Program-made: the position numbers and the translations under genes
Part shown: positions 50,601 through 64,000 of the stretch, piece by piece
Layout of the letters: each line of letters starts with the position of its first letter
Numbering within the stretch: the stretch's first letter is position 1
The notes under the pieces: model-generated
Database searches by the model: none
Seen by the model: only the letters and a program-made list of their open reading frames with translations
Told to the model about the DNA's origin: nothing
Assembly: GCA_964016885.1 (NCBI GenBank)
Contig: OZ024741.1
Location: 27,962,001 to 28,026,000, forward strand
Reading direction: 5' to 3'
From: Eledone cirrhosa
Taxonomy: Eukaryota
DNA length: 64,000 nt

Positions 50601-51002
50601 GTTAGCCACACGTTGTCTCTTGTTCCAGATTCTAAACTCGTTAATAATAATAACATATATATAACGTTAATACATTGTTTTCCTGTACATTTTCCTTGGT
50701 TAAAATTTACAAATATTTTGCTGCACAACTACTCTATCAAGAAGAAATGTGGTGGAGATTCTGCGACAAAAAGACTGGAGATTCTGCTTTATAAAACACA
50801 ACTGGTTTTAAGTTGTTATTCATAGCTAGTTATTTATTTTTCTATAGTTTAATTGATTATTCGAGAGAAAAAAAAGAATGTTGTTTCCGTTAAAAGCAAC
50901 TCTACATCTTTCTTTTCATTGCTGCCATTGTAAAAGTTGGCATAAAATTAATTATTCATAATCGTTTAATCGCAGAAACAAATTATATGAAAAATGTGAC
51001 AA

Positions 51003-51053
<51 letters not shown>

Positions 51054-52049
51054 AATTATAATCAATGTGCTGTATTAACTGGCTTACCAATGCACACTGT
51101 GAATTTATTTGCCCTAGGGGTCAACTGGCTTACCAATGCACACTGTGAATTTATTTGCCCTAGGGGTCAGGAAGACACTCGGCATATATCTCAGAAACAA
51201 TAATGAAAGAAAATAATAACAACAATAATAATAATAATGATTTCATTTATTGGCCACAAGGGCCGACATGTAGGGGACTACAAAGTAATAATAATAATTG
51301 TTTCTACTTTTGGCACAAGCCCAGCAATTACTCAGTACATTACTGGTATTTTATTTTATCGACCTCGTAAGGACGAAAGGCAAAGTTAACCTTGGCGGGA
51401 TTTGAACTCAGATCGTAAAGGGACGTAACTATGCTGGAAAGCATGTCTGACCCTCTACTGCCAATTCACCGCCCTCTATAATAATAATAATAATGGTTTC
51501 TGATTTAGGCACAAGTCCAGCAATTTTGGGGGAGGGGATTAAATCATCCTCAGTGCATGTCTGGTACTTTATTTTATCGACACCGTAAGGATGAAAGGCA
51601 AAGTTAACCCCGACAGGATTTGAACTCAGAATGCAAAAGGTCGTAACTCTATGCTGTGAAGCAGGGTGTCCGACGCTCAACCGATAATGCCAATCCACTG
51701 CTCTTTAAGTCTTTTCTAATAGCTTCCCAATAATTAAAATTTGAACATGTAAACATTTTTTTTTTCATTGTATGTGTGTTAGCTAGCGTGCAATGTGATT
51801 TTATAAGGTTAAACATCTTTTTCAACAATTTTTATGTTGTGTACATCTGTTTAATTTCTGCGTGAATATGTGACAGGGCAATAGGCTCATGGAGGATTGA
51901 GCAGGTCTGGCGAGAGGGCATCTTGGGGTATGGGTTTCCTGTTGGACAGGAGATGGCCCTTCCGATGCAAATAATGTCTAAAAACTTTAATCTTGGAGTT
52001 TAGATATTTGCAATATCCTAAATTTTTCAATGAGGCAGAGCGGGAATCA

Positions 52050-53480
52050 TTTCATTCCATTTTTGTATGGTGTGGGTGTTTCGAGTACTTTCCATGTCAT
52101 ATTATGCGGTACTTCTGTTTCTTTTAGCCGCCAAATCCTTTTTGCCAGTGCTATGCTAGTTTTCAAGTAGAACCTTTGTTTAAATCGGTCCTGGACCATA
52201 CCTACATATTTTTCACGGGTTTCTGGATGGTTGGTTCGTATACTATGGACTTTACATTACAGTTTTATTGTAATGGGCACTCCTCTTTTTTCCTGCAAGA
52301 GCATCCCGGATTCTCATCTGGTTTGTTTTTGCAGTCATCTTGAATTTCATGGATGGTGGTGAAGAAAAGGATATCCTCACTGGACGGCGATTTTATTTAA
52401 TCTTTGTTGTTTATCAATTAGGTCTAAGAATTCTACATTAATATTTACGTTAAGTGAGAATGGAGGGGCGAACCCGATTATTTTTCTTGATATGTATAAT
52501 CCAACAAGGTGACATACATCAGTGCTGTCGTATGATCCTATCGAGACCTCGAATGAATCTTCTGGGTCGGATTTTTATACCTAAGCAATGCCGTTGTTGA
52601 ACAGAAGTGTTCTTCGTGTGTGGTAAATCAGGTCAAACTCTCACTCACTGATATATCCGAAGGTAAGGGAGAAGTCCAAGGTCTTGTCTAGTTGCGGTTT
52701 AGTAACAGAGGTGTGAAAATCGGTTATATCAAACTGGGTGAATTTAGCTCTATTTTTAGACGGGATATCATTGAGCCAGAATATAAGCGATATTGTATTG
52801 TTCCAGAGCAACAGGCTCGTGTTGTTGATGATACGTGTGTTGATTTCTCCTAAAATCTTACTGGCTAGCCCTAATTCTGTTCTTACTGGGTTTATGAGCC
52901 CGCAGGATGGTCTGTCTGTAAAGTCCGATTTGTGATCTTTCAGGGTAATAATGGCATTATAGCCAACCTTTCTAGTCTATTGTCAATTTTAAAACTTCTA
53001 GCTAGTTCTTTGGCTTCGTCGTTAATAGAATTGTATCAGGTTGAGCCTTCCGGTATTTATTTGTTATATTGCTTAGCATAGATTGTTCATATTTATCTCT
53101 ATTTATCTCATATAGGTTTTGTCAGAGAAAACAAAAATATATTTTGACGATCTAAATTCTTAATGTCTTCAATAAACATTTTTTTGGAGGGAACTATGGT
53201 ACTTTCGGAACTTTATGCTAGCGACTAAGTCTAAGAGGTCTGCTTCAAAGTATGCTAAGTCCTTAACTTTGGGTGGATACTTAGTTTATTTGAGTTTGAA
53301 TCTTTCAGCGGTGGTAGTGACCATATCTCCGTCAAAAAGTAGAGCCTTCCATCTCAATCTTTGTACTGTATTCTCCACTTTATCCAACAGCATTTGTAGA
53401 GTAGGAGAAGTTTGTTCTCTATGTTCTCAGAGGAGTAGTCTATCTCGTGTATGTCTATAATGTTGATATGTTGAAAATTA
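52050..53480 (-). mobile_element. Degenerate Penelope-like element (RT + GIY-YIG remnants)
   Basis: LINPVRTELG, FTQFDITDF, IGSYDSTDVCHLVGLY, IIGFAPPFS, YVGM...FKQR motifs with many stops. Confidence 0.75.
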
Positions 53481-53505
53481 TCCTAAAATCTGAAGAGTGC
53501 TCAAT

Positions 53506-54278
53506 TATCTATCTATCTATCTATCTATCTAGGGCGGGTAAAATTCTCGAGATCCATGGACGAGTTCTCTCCAGCGATCGCTGTCCTTCATTATCGCTGC
53601 CATGTCCTGCGTCTCCAACAGACCAGTGTCTGTCCTTAGGGCATCAACATATGTTAACCTCGGTCTTCCTCTTCCAGTGTGTCCATGCAGGGGCTCCCAC
53701 AGGAGCACTGAGTGCAGTGTCAACTCTGGATGTCGGTGAGCATGTCCAACTAACCTCAGTCTCCTCTGTGTCACTTTTGAGCTGACTTTTGGGAGGCTCC
53801 CATACGGCTCAGAGCAGGAGAGTTAGGGCGAAAAAGATATCAGATGCTGAATTTGCCGACGACATAGTTCTGGTGACAAACAGTGAAGGAGGCGGAGGAC
53901 TTGATGCAGGAGGTAGAGACTGTGTCGTTGAGTGTGGGGCTGAGAATGAATGAGATTAACACGAAGTATCTGGTAGAGAATATTAAGAAGCCAGAGAAGA
54001 TTACTAATGTAGGCAGGAAGCCACTAGAATTGGTTGAGGACTTCCTGTATTTGGGAGCAAAGATTGGGAATAAGGAAGATGATGTGGTCGAGAGGAAGAG
54101 CAAAGCCTGGGCGGCGTGCCACAGCTTGGGATCGGTGTGGAAGTCGGGCCTTCATATAGACCTGAAGATCCGTCTCTTCGTTGCTGTAGTGGAGTCTGTG
54201 CTGCTGTACGGGTCTGAGACTTGGACACTGACCAAGAAACTCACTTAGATGGTGTTTGGGTGCTACACGAGAATGCTG
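53506..54278. mobile_element. RTE-like LINE (family of 62358-64000) with 5' inversion
   Basis: 3' end on the - strand (53527-53805) with (AGAT)n tail, upstream RT part on the + strand (53806-54278). Confidence 0.88.
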
Positions 54279-54809
54279 CACGTGAATGGTGTGCTACACG
54301 TGTATGCAGGATATTCGTAGATAAAATATCAAGGGAAACAATGTTCAATCTATTGCAAGAGAGCTTATTTAGTCTAATTAATATTTCATACACTTAACAT
54401 ATATGTGTGACCTTGGGTTTCGGGGTCCAGTTATGACCACCACTGTACAGTGGAGGATCTGTTTCAATATGGCCTCTTATTGGGCACCAGGACGAAGTTA
54501 CGAAAAAAGAAACTGTTAGCCCACTAAACGTGGTTTTAATACAGTGGAGAGCTCCTTTTTAAGAACAAAATATGTTGTAATGGAGATGAATGTAATGCTA
54601 GCAAGAACGGCATAATCACAACGATATACCTTCAACAAAATACAGAAAACAAAACGCCTAACAGGTACCAGAGCGTGGCATTATACGATAGGGGACATAA
54701 CTTTCTGAGGAAATATCTTGTTATTTCCCTTGCATCTATTACAAAGCCCTCTTTTCCACTTTTTCTACATACACAAACATACACATTCTCACTCATGCAC
54801 CCCCATATG

Positions 54810-55022
<213 letters not shown>

Positions 55023-55128
55023 TCATCATCATCATCATCATCATCGTTTAACGTCCCTGTTCAACGCTTGCATGGGTTTGGACGGGGGTTTTCCCACTTG
55101 AGGCAAGAGTGGTTGTCTTGCTCGCATA

Positions 55129-55470
55129 GGACTATCTGGCGGGTTTTCTACAGCTGGATGCCCTTCCTAACACCAACCACATTTACAGTGTGGGTCTGGG
55201 AGGTTTTTACCGTGTTGCCTACACGGCCACATTACAGCGTGGACTGTCTGGCGGGTTTTCTACAGCTGGATGCCCTTCCTAACACCAACCACATTTACAG
55301 TGTGGGTCTGGGAGGTTTTTACCGTGTTGCCTACACGGCCACATTACAGCGTGGACTGTCTGGCGGGTTTTCTACAGCTGGATGCCCTTCCTAACACCAA
55401 CCACATTTACAGTGTGGGGCTGGGAGGTTTTTACCGTGTTGCCTACACGGCCACATTACAGCGTGGACTG
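55129..55470. repeat. 3 x 112-bp tandem repeat inside an RTE-related short element (55020-55530, - strand)
   Basis: Near-identical units containing the reverse complement of GGTGTTAGGAAGGGCATCCAGC. Confidence 0.9.
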
Positions 55471-55637
55471 TGTGTTTTTTTGTCGTGATACCTACACGCT
55501 CTCATTTGTTTCGGGCTGGATGTTGTGGCACCAACATAACTTTACATAGGAGGGGGTGGTGTGGATGGGGTGGGGGTGGTGGGACGGGGGTGTATTTTGT
55601 TAGAGATGCCTACTGACTAGTAGGTTTTACTTTGTAT

Positions 55638-56622
<985 letters not shown>

Positions 56623-56635
56623 CTAGAACTTTAGT

Positions 56636-56714
<79 letters not shown>

Positions 56715-56912
56715 AACTATATATATGTGTTTGTGTCTATATTGTATCTGTATTATTTTTGACCGTCGGTCAGTCAATGGCAACATTGAGGACCGAGTAT
56801 ATTAGATTACCGATATAAAACACAGAAGCGAAAAGCGAAAACCAACCAAACAGTGAGTGTGTTCTGTTATTAATTCTGGCAATATTACACAAATATGACC
56901 CTCCCCAAGTAT

Positions 56913-56995
<83 letters not shown>

Positions 56996-57730
56996 TAAAA
57001 GGAATTCCAACCTTGTCTGATTTACTCGTTTTATTTACAATCCTTTAACATTTATAATGGTATTAGAATGAAATAGTATGGTAGAATATTAAATGTTAAG
57101 TGTTAATTGAACAAGTACTTTGATGCTTTCGCAATCTCCAGGCTAATATTCTGTGGTGACAGTCAAGTTTGCAATTTTCAACTGTGACAGCTGGGAGATC
57201 AGAAAGTTACTTCAGGTAGAGCTTCTATTTCTCTACCTGAGAGATCACAGCTCCGATACTATGGACATGTGGTTAGAATGTCTCAGGAAAGAATCACCGG
57301 GAGGCAGATTTTACGGGCGAAACCAACCGACAGGAGACCCAGGAGTAGACCCCCGAACAAGATGATTGGATATCCCGATTGTATAACTTCTGTTGGTAAA
57401 ATATAGTTGACATAATAACTTTGATAACTTTGATAGGTTTCGGCCAGTATTGGCCAAGGCTATGTCTAACTTAATAGTACTACCCGGCGAAGTATTTCAA
57501 ATCAGGATCTGGACACCATGGCCCACTCAAGTAGAGAGTTATTGTTTACGGTGACATATCCGGGTGTAGGAGGTCTATCTGTGATTTCTTGAAGGAATAA
57601 TAATCAATTACAATTTCAATATTTATGTAATTTAATCCCAGATATAAATAACTAAGCAATGCCGAGGCCTCTATACTTCAGCCTAATCAGTTTTAATTAT
57701 ATAATGTGGCAGTAACAAATACTGGGATTA

Positions 57731-58123
57731 TCTATATATCTAAAACAGAGAATGTCTGTCTGTCTGACTGTCTGACTCCCTAAAATTCGAGAACCACCCA
57801 ACCGATTGTTTTCAAACTTTACACATTTTCAATGCCCTAGGGACCGCATTAGGCGATTTAGCGATCTCTCTCAATAATTGTTAGTCTTTTTTTTTTTAGA
57901 TAGATACATAGATATAACGTTGCACCCTTATAATATCTTTCTGTATGTCTGGCTGTCTGCATCACGACATTATGACGTTATATGTCTGTGTATATATATA
58001 TAGTGTGTGTAACGTTTTTCGAAATATTTACTTCTGCGTTCACAGATTGATTCTTTTAGTTTCAGAAGATCCCGTTAAGGGTGAAAGCAGCGATTCTTCG
58101 CTTAAACCTTAATCTTTAATCTG

Positions 58124-58191
<68 letters not shown>

Positions 58192-58475
58192 GTGTACATA
58201 TATTTTTGCATACACAATAACAAAATATAAACAGACGTATTTATTTCACGAGGCTCGACAGCAGCAAAAACAACAACAAAAAAGAGAGGGGACGCAATTA
58301 CATGCTTTTGAAAATCTTAATGGAAAATTATTTGCCTATTTACCCAATGCGACTTCACTTTTTATTAGGACTTCTGCATTAATTGGTGGACATACGACGA
58401 AACTGTTTCAGAAAGGAGGGATAAACATGCCAATCTATGTTTAGAATCCCGAACAACGCCGGGCCATTCTGCTAG
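57731..58475 (+). mobile_element. Non-autonomous Helitron-like element
   Basis: A|TC start (tctatatatctaaaac..), 3' hairpin cccg-aacaacgc-cggg then CTAG|T. Confidence 0.68.
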
Positions 58476-59219
58476 TATATCCTAAAAGAAAGAAATTATA
58501 ATTCTCAATTCTCTGCTAGTTACAAAGGGAAGTAACTTATGTATAACTCTCTGGCAACCATAGCTGGTTTAGTCGACTGATAGTGTAAGGAAAAAAATGA
58601 CAAATACGGATTCTGTGGATTTTTTGTGACGTAAAATGGAATCGATTTTGGGAAGTGAGCTTACTGAAGAAAATCTGTCTACCTACCTACCTACCTACCT
58701 ACCTACCTACCTACCTATGTATGTATCTATGTATCTATGTATGTGCCCTCCATCGCCCCCTCTCCCTCTATATATATGCGTGTGTGTGTTTGTGCGTGTG
58801 TATGTATGTATGTATGTATGTATGTATGTATGTATGTATGTATGTATGTATGTATGTATGTATGTATGTATGTATGTATGACATCCTGCAGGACTAAAAA
58901 CAAAACCTGTCAAAGGGCAAAGGAGCTCTTAAGAGTCAATGGCCATCCAAAATCACCGGGAGAGATGACCCCTTAGCCTTTGTCAAGACAGAATTCTAGG
59001 AGAAGGAAAACTCTGATATAACACCTGCAACTCTGATGGTATCCAATGATGTTGACATGTTCTTCTTTTTGGTAAATATCATCTTGGTTAAGAGAGTGGG
59101 ACTGGCTTTGTGCAATGCCTTTGCTCACTATAAAAGCTTCACGGCACAGGTATTGCTTTATATCTGGAGATCTCTCTGCACTTGTCGTCACATGGTACCA
59201 TGGGCCCAGCACTATGTGT

Positions 59220-61938
59220 TTTAGCAGTATGGAAGTATTAAGTGTCGTTGGTTGACAGTGTGGTAAAATGATAGTATCCTCGTTGGATTGTCTTGTCGAC
59301 ATAGACGTGAGGGAAGGTCCCTCGATCTATTTACCATCTTTGTATTTACAATATTCCTTTCGTCAGGTCGCCAATTCCAGCAGCATGGATTATAGATGTT
59401 ATTGAGACACGAGTAACATAATAATGATTTCAACAGCAGAAATTAGAGATGAAACGTATGTTTATTTTTTGATGTAGCACAAACAATGTTTGTTAACTTA
59501 TATGGTTGAAGTTACAGATAAAAAGAGGTTACAAAAGGGAATGTGCCATTGCGCCGTTAAGCCGGCGAGGCTAGGGTGCAATATCTCACCGTTACATTAT
59601 GCGTGTTGCTGGCTTGAAGTTTCCGGTACAAGAGAGAGATTCTTCAAATCTTCGCGGGGAATTTCTTCCTCCGGGCGCGTAGGGATACATCCTCTTCTAC
59701 TGGCGCTGATTGGCTGAACTGAGCCAAATCACGCACAGAGAATGTATGTGAGCCCGCGGAATGTAGGTCACTACAATACCCCCTTTCTAGACGGTAGTCG
59801 ATACAGATTATTAAATCAGCAAGAACAAATGCCGAAAGAGCACATCAGTGACAAAACAATTGAGCAGAAGGCTGCACGCAAGAAAAAAAAATGAGGCGCT
59901 ACGGGCCGTGTTGAGCCGCTGTGTCAAATGACCAGTTGTTTTGTTGTTTATACGTGACCGCCAAAGGTCTAACAAAAACGGATAAAGTCTGACATGGGCG
60001 AAGTTGCTGTTCTTGCATTAAATGTTAATGGTAAGCGTTGTACCAGAAACTGTGGACGAAGCTATTATGGTAGTTCACCAGTGCTGGCAAGAAGATGATG
60101 GGTAGGCGAGAAAATGTTGGCCTCCCAGATGTATTGCCGAATGTGCTAGGGAGCCAGGAAAAAATGGCTGGTTGCTTTGAAAAGAAAAAAAAAGCAAGTT
60201 TAATCTGTAGGTGGGTTGCAGTGTAAATTCCATAATTCGGGCGAATCCACAGAAGTGGCCGAAATGCTGACAAGTCCAGTTCAATTTGTTGCTTTCCCAG
60301 CGAGTCGGGCAAAAACAACAAGACGGATGGCCGTCATGGACGATCAGTGTGCAACGAGATGCGAAGCTGTTTGAGTTCAGCTGCAATTAGTATTCTCGTG
60401 TTGCGGTGCCTGTTTGAATCCAGTGGATTAAGCTCTGTGAGCTGCTAGCATGTGACAGCACCTCGATTAGGTGAAAAGGGACTCGCAGAATATTACGTTT
60501 GAAGAACATATACCAAGAACAACATGTTGGTGTGTGATAAAAAAAATGTGTGCATATGCAGGCATGTAAAACAGCAAAGAATGTGAATGAACAAAAACCA
60601 TGAGCAAGCAAATAGCAAAAGAACACAAAACAAGTAAATGCATTCTACAAAGAAATATGTGAATGTAACAAACTAATAATTCAAAGTCAATCTAAGAGAG
60701 CAGAGAAATTGCTCAATAAGTTCAAAGTTTTTCAAAGTCAAATAGTTCACACATCACCAGTGTACAGACACTAGTTCTATCTGAAAACTGAAAAAGAAGT
60801 TTGTTAATGCCGTTAGGGGTTAGATGTATGGTGTTTTTGTGAGTTTTCGTGGCCATTTTACCGTCCTGCCACAAGGTTGTGTTGCTTATTGTTAAAGCAA
60901 AGTCAAAGAATCTTCTGTAGAGTAGCAGTCACCAAACATGGCAGCCACGTCTGACGCCATAATGGTGAGAAAACTACTGTCTCAATTTCTCGAGTCCCTG
61001 TGGTAACGAGACAGAAGGTATGGTGGTTGCGTCGGTAAAGTTACAAGCCGTTTCGGAATTTCCGATGTGTGGTGGTTTGCGTCGGTAAGGCTATGAAGCT
61101 GCCACTCACTGTTCCCTGTCGCTGGTCAGTGGCTAAACAACGCTGTCGCTGCCGCTGCTGCTGCTGTCGTTGTTGTTGTCGAGTGTAGCCAGGACTTGTC
61201 GGTAGCCATCTTGAAATTTTTTCGTGGCGAAAAAATTTTTGAAATACTGCCAATTTTTCAAAAAATTTTGAAAGGAATATATTGTATTTTCGCAAGTTGC
61301 GAAAAAGGTTGGCAACGTGGTAATAAAAGTTCAACTGAATGAAAAAGAAGGGTTGCGTTAAATTCTTACGTCGGTCACCACTTTAGCAGTATGGAAGTAT
61401 TAAGTGTCGTTGGTTGACAGTGTGGTAAAATGATAGTATCCTCGTTGGATTGTCTTGTCGACATAGACGTGAGGGAAGGTCCCTCGATCTATTTACCATC
61501 TTTGTATTTACAATATTCCTTTCGTCAGGTCGCCAATTCCAGCAGCATGGATTATAGATGTTATTGAGACACGAGTAACATAATAATGATTTCAACAGCA
61601 GAAATTAGAGATGAAACGTATGTTTATTTTTTGATGTAGCACAAACAATGTTTGTTAACTTATATGGTTGAAGTTACAGATAAAAAGAGGTTACAAAAGG
61701 GAATGTGCCATTGCGCCGTTAAGCCGGCGAGGCTAGGGGTGCATTATCTCACCGTTACATTATGCGTCTTGCTGGCTTGAAGTTTCCGGTACAAGAGAGA
61801 GATTCTTCAAATCTTCGCGGGGAATTTCTTCCTCCGGGCGCGTAGGGATACATCCTCTTCTACTGGCGCTGATTGGCTGAACTGAGCCAAATCACGCACA
61901 GAGAATGTATGTGAGCCCGCGGAATGTAGGTCACTACA
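59220..61938 (-). mobile_element. Non-autonomous LTR retrotransposon (Gypsy-like): LTRs 61382-61938 and 59220-59775
   Basis: Near-identical ~556-bp direct repeats starting TGTAG on the - strand; GTGT TSD (59216-59219, 61939-61942); PBS-like TGGTGACCGACGT; PPT AGAAAGGGGG. Confidence 0.92.
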
Positions 61939-62154
61939 GTGTCAATAATTGTCACAAGTGTAGTGTTTGTACCAGAGTTTTCAACTGGCTGGACTAAAAA
62001 GTCACATTCATTCAGCGCATCGGTAGGAGTTCTCCTACATGGATATAAAGTAGTGCCCGTACTCGAAAACGAGTTGGCAGCCATCATGTATGTATGTATC
62101 TATATATTTATGTGTGTGTGTGTGTGAATCCATTTATCTATCTCTATCTTTCTC

Positions 62155-62221
<67 letters not shown>

Positions 62222-62237
62222 GCATATATATATATAC

Positions 62238-62286
<49 letters not shown>

Positions 62287-62349
62287 TATATATATATATA
62301 TACACACACACACATATATATATACATATATATATATACATATATATAT

Positions 62350-64000
62350 ATTCTATTCTAAGGTGGGTAAAATTCCCGAGATCCATGGACGAGTTCTCTC
62401 CAGCGGTCTCTGTCCCTCATTATCGCTGTCATGTCCTGCGTCGCCAATAGACCAGTGTCTGTCCTTAGGACATCAACATACGTTAACCTTGGTCTTTCTC
62501 TTCTAGTGTGTCCATGTAGGGGCTCCCAAAGGAGCACTGAGTGCAATGTCAACTCTGGATGTCGGTGAGCATGTCCAGCTAACCTCAGTCTCCTCTGTGT
62601 CACTTTTGAGCTGACTTTTGGGATGCTCCCATACATCTCTGAGTTTTTCATCCTCAGTGTATACTGATTAATGTTCAGAGCCATCCTCAGCATTCTCGTG
62701 TAGCACCCATCCACCATCTGAGTGAGTTTCTTGGTCAGTGTCCAAGTCTCAGACCCATACAGCAGCACAGACTCCACTACAGCAATGAAGAGGAGGATTT
62801 TCAGGTCTCTACGAAGGTCCGACTTCCACACCGATCTCAAGCTGTGGCACGCCGCCCAGGCCTTGCTCTTCCTCTCAACCACATCATCTTCTGTATTCCC
62901 AATCTTTGCTCCCAAATACAGGAAGCCCTCAACCAATTCTAGCGGCTTCCCGCTTACATTAGTGATCCCCTCTGGCTTCTCAACATTCTCTACCAGATAT
63001 TTTGTTTTAGTCTCATTCATTCTCAGCCCCACACTCATCGACACAGTCTCAACCTCCCGCATAAAATCCTCTGCCTCCTTCACTGTATTTGTCACCAAAA
63101 CTATGTCGTCGGCAAATTCAGCATCCGATGCCTTTTTCGCCCTAACTCTCCTGCTCTGAGCCGGTGCCACAGTAAAGCCAGAGTCCTGGTGTTTCTCCAG
63201 TGCAAGGCGCATACAATAGTCCACTACGATGATAAAAAGGTAGGGAGCCAATGTATCTCCCTGGAGCACTCCAGCCAGTATCTCAAAGAACTCTGTCATC
63301 CCATCAGGTGTAATGACTTGGGCTTTGGTGTTGGTGTAGAGCAGTGATATCAGGTCCACTATCTTCTTGGGGATTCCATAAGCCTGTAAGATCTTCATCA
63401 GGCAGTAACGGTCCACAGAATCAAAGGCCTTCCTAAAGTCAATGAAAACCATGACCGCAGGAAGGCACTTTGCTCTAGCTCCCTCTAATATCCTCCTCAG
63501 CATCAGGATGTGACTGGTGGTTGATCTACCCCCTCTGAAGCCGTTCTGGTTGTCCCTGAGCTTCTTCTCCATCTCAGGCTGGATCCTGTTAAGAATCATA
63601 CTGTTGAGGGTCTTTGCCACAAGTGACGTCAGTGAGATCCCCCTGTAGTTGTTGGTGTTAGAGAGATCTCCCTTCTTTGGCACTGGGACGATGTTACTGA
63701 TCCTCCACTGATTCGGGGCAACTCCTCTCTCCAGTGCCCCGTTACAGAACCCCAGGATGATATCATCAAAATCACACCTCTTCATCACCTCTGATGCCAC
63801 TCCATCTTCTCCATGAGCCTTGCCCTCCTTGATCCTCTTCTTGGCTCTCTGAAGCTCCTCTCTGGTGAAGCGCTCTGTCTCAACATCCAGTTCCTCAAAC
63901 AGCCGCCTGATCTCCCCAGTGCTCTGGGCTGTGGAGGGTGGCTCTCCTAGTAGGGTCCTAAAATGGTCTAGCCATTTCCTCTTCCTATCCTCGGGCCCCG
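62350..64000 (-). mobile_element. RTE-like LINE, third family, uninterrupted RT ORF running off the window end
   Basis: NYRGISL, QNGFR, FIDFRKAFDS, GVLQGDTLAP, FADD, FLYLG. Confidence 0.93.

Overview
AT-rich, repeat-dense animal genomic DNA. The LINE/SINE repertoire and abundant (TA)n/(CAT)n tracts are most consistent with an octopus (coleoid cephalopod); this is inference. Positions 3.2-43.4 kb hold the last 23 coding exons of a ULK4 orthologue on the + strand (about 905 aa of linker plus C-terminal HEAT/ARM region, all GT-AG, phases consistent). The pseudokinase exons lie upstream of the window. Introns and the downstream 20 kb contain RTE-clade LINEs (one young 797-aa ORF with a PHD-type finger inside the RT), tRNA-derived SINEs, piggyBac/mariner-type MITEs, a Helitron, Penelope and CRE relics, and large minisatellites (48, 30, 45, 15, 62, 44, 47 and 112 bp units). 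Also present are a ~745-bp-arm inverted repeat and a young non-coding LTR element with PBS, PPT and a 4-bp TSD. No CRISPR, rRNA or true tRNA genes were seen. I found no clear-cut new biological system; the best leads are TE-mechanism oddities and possible repeat-driven ULK4 isoforms. All homology calls come from recalled family motifs, not database searches.
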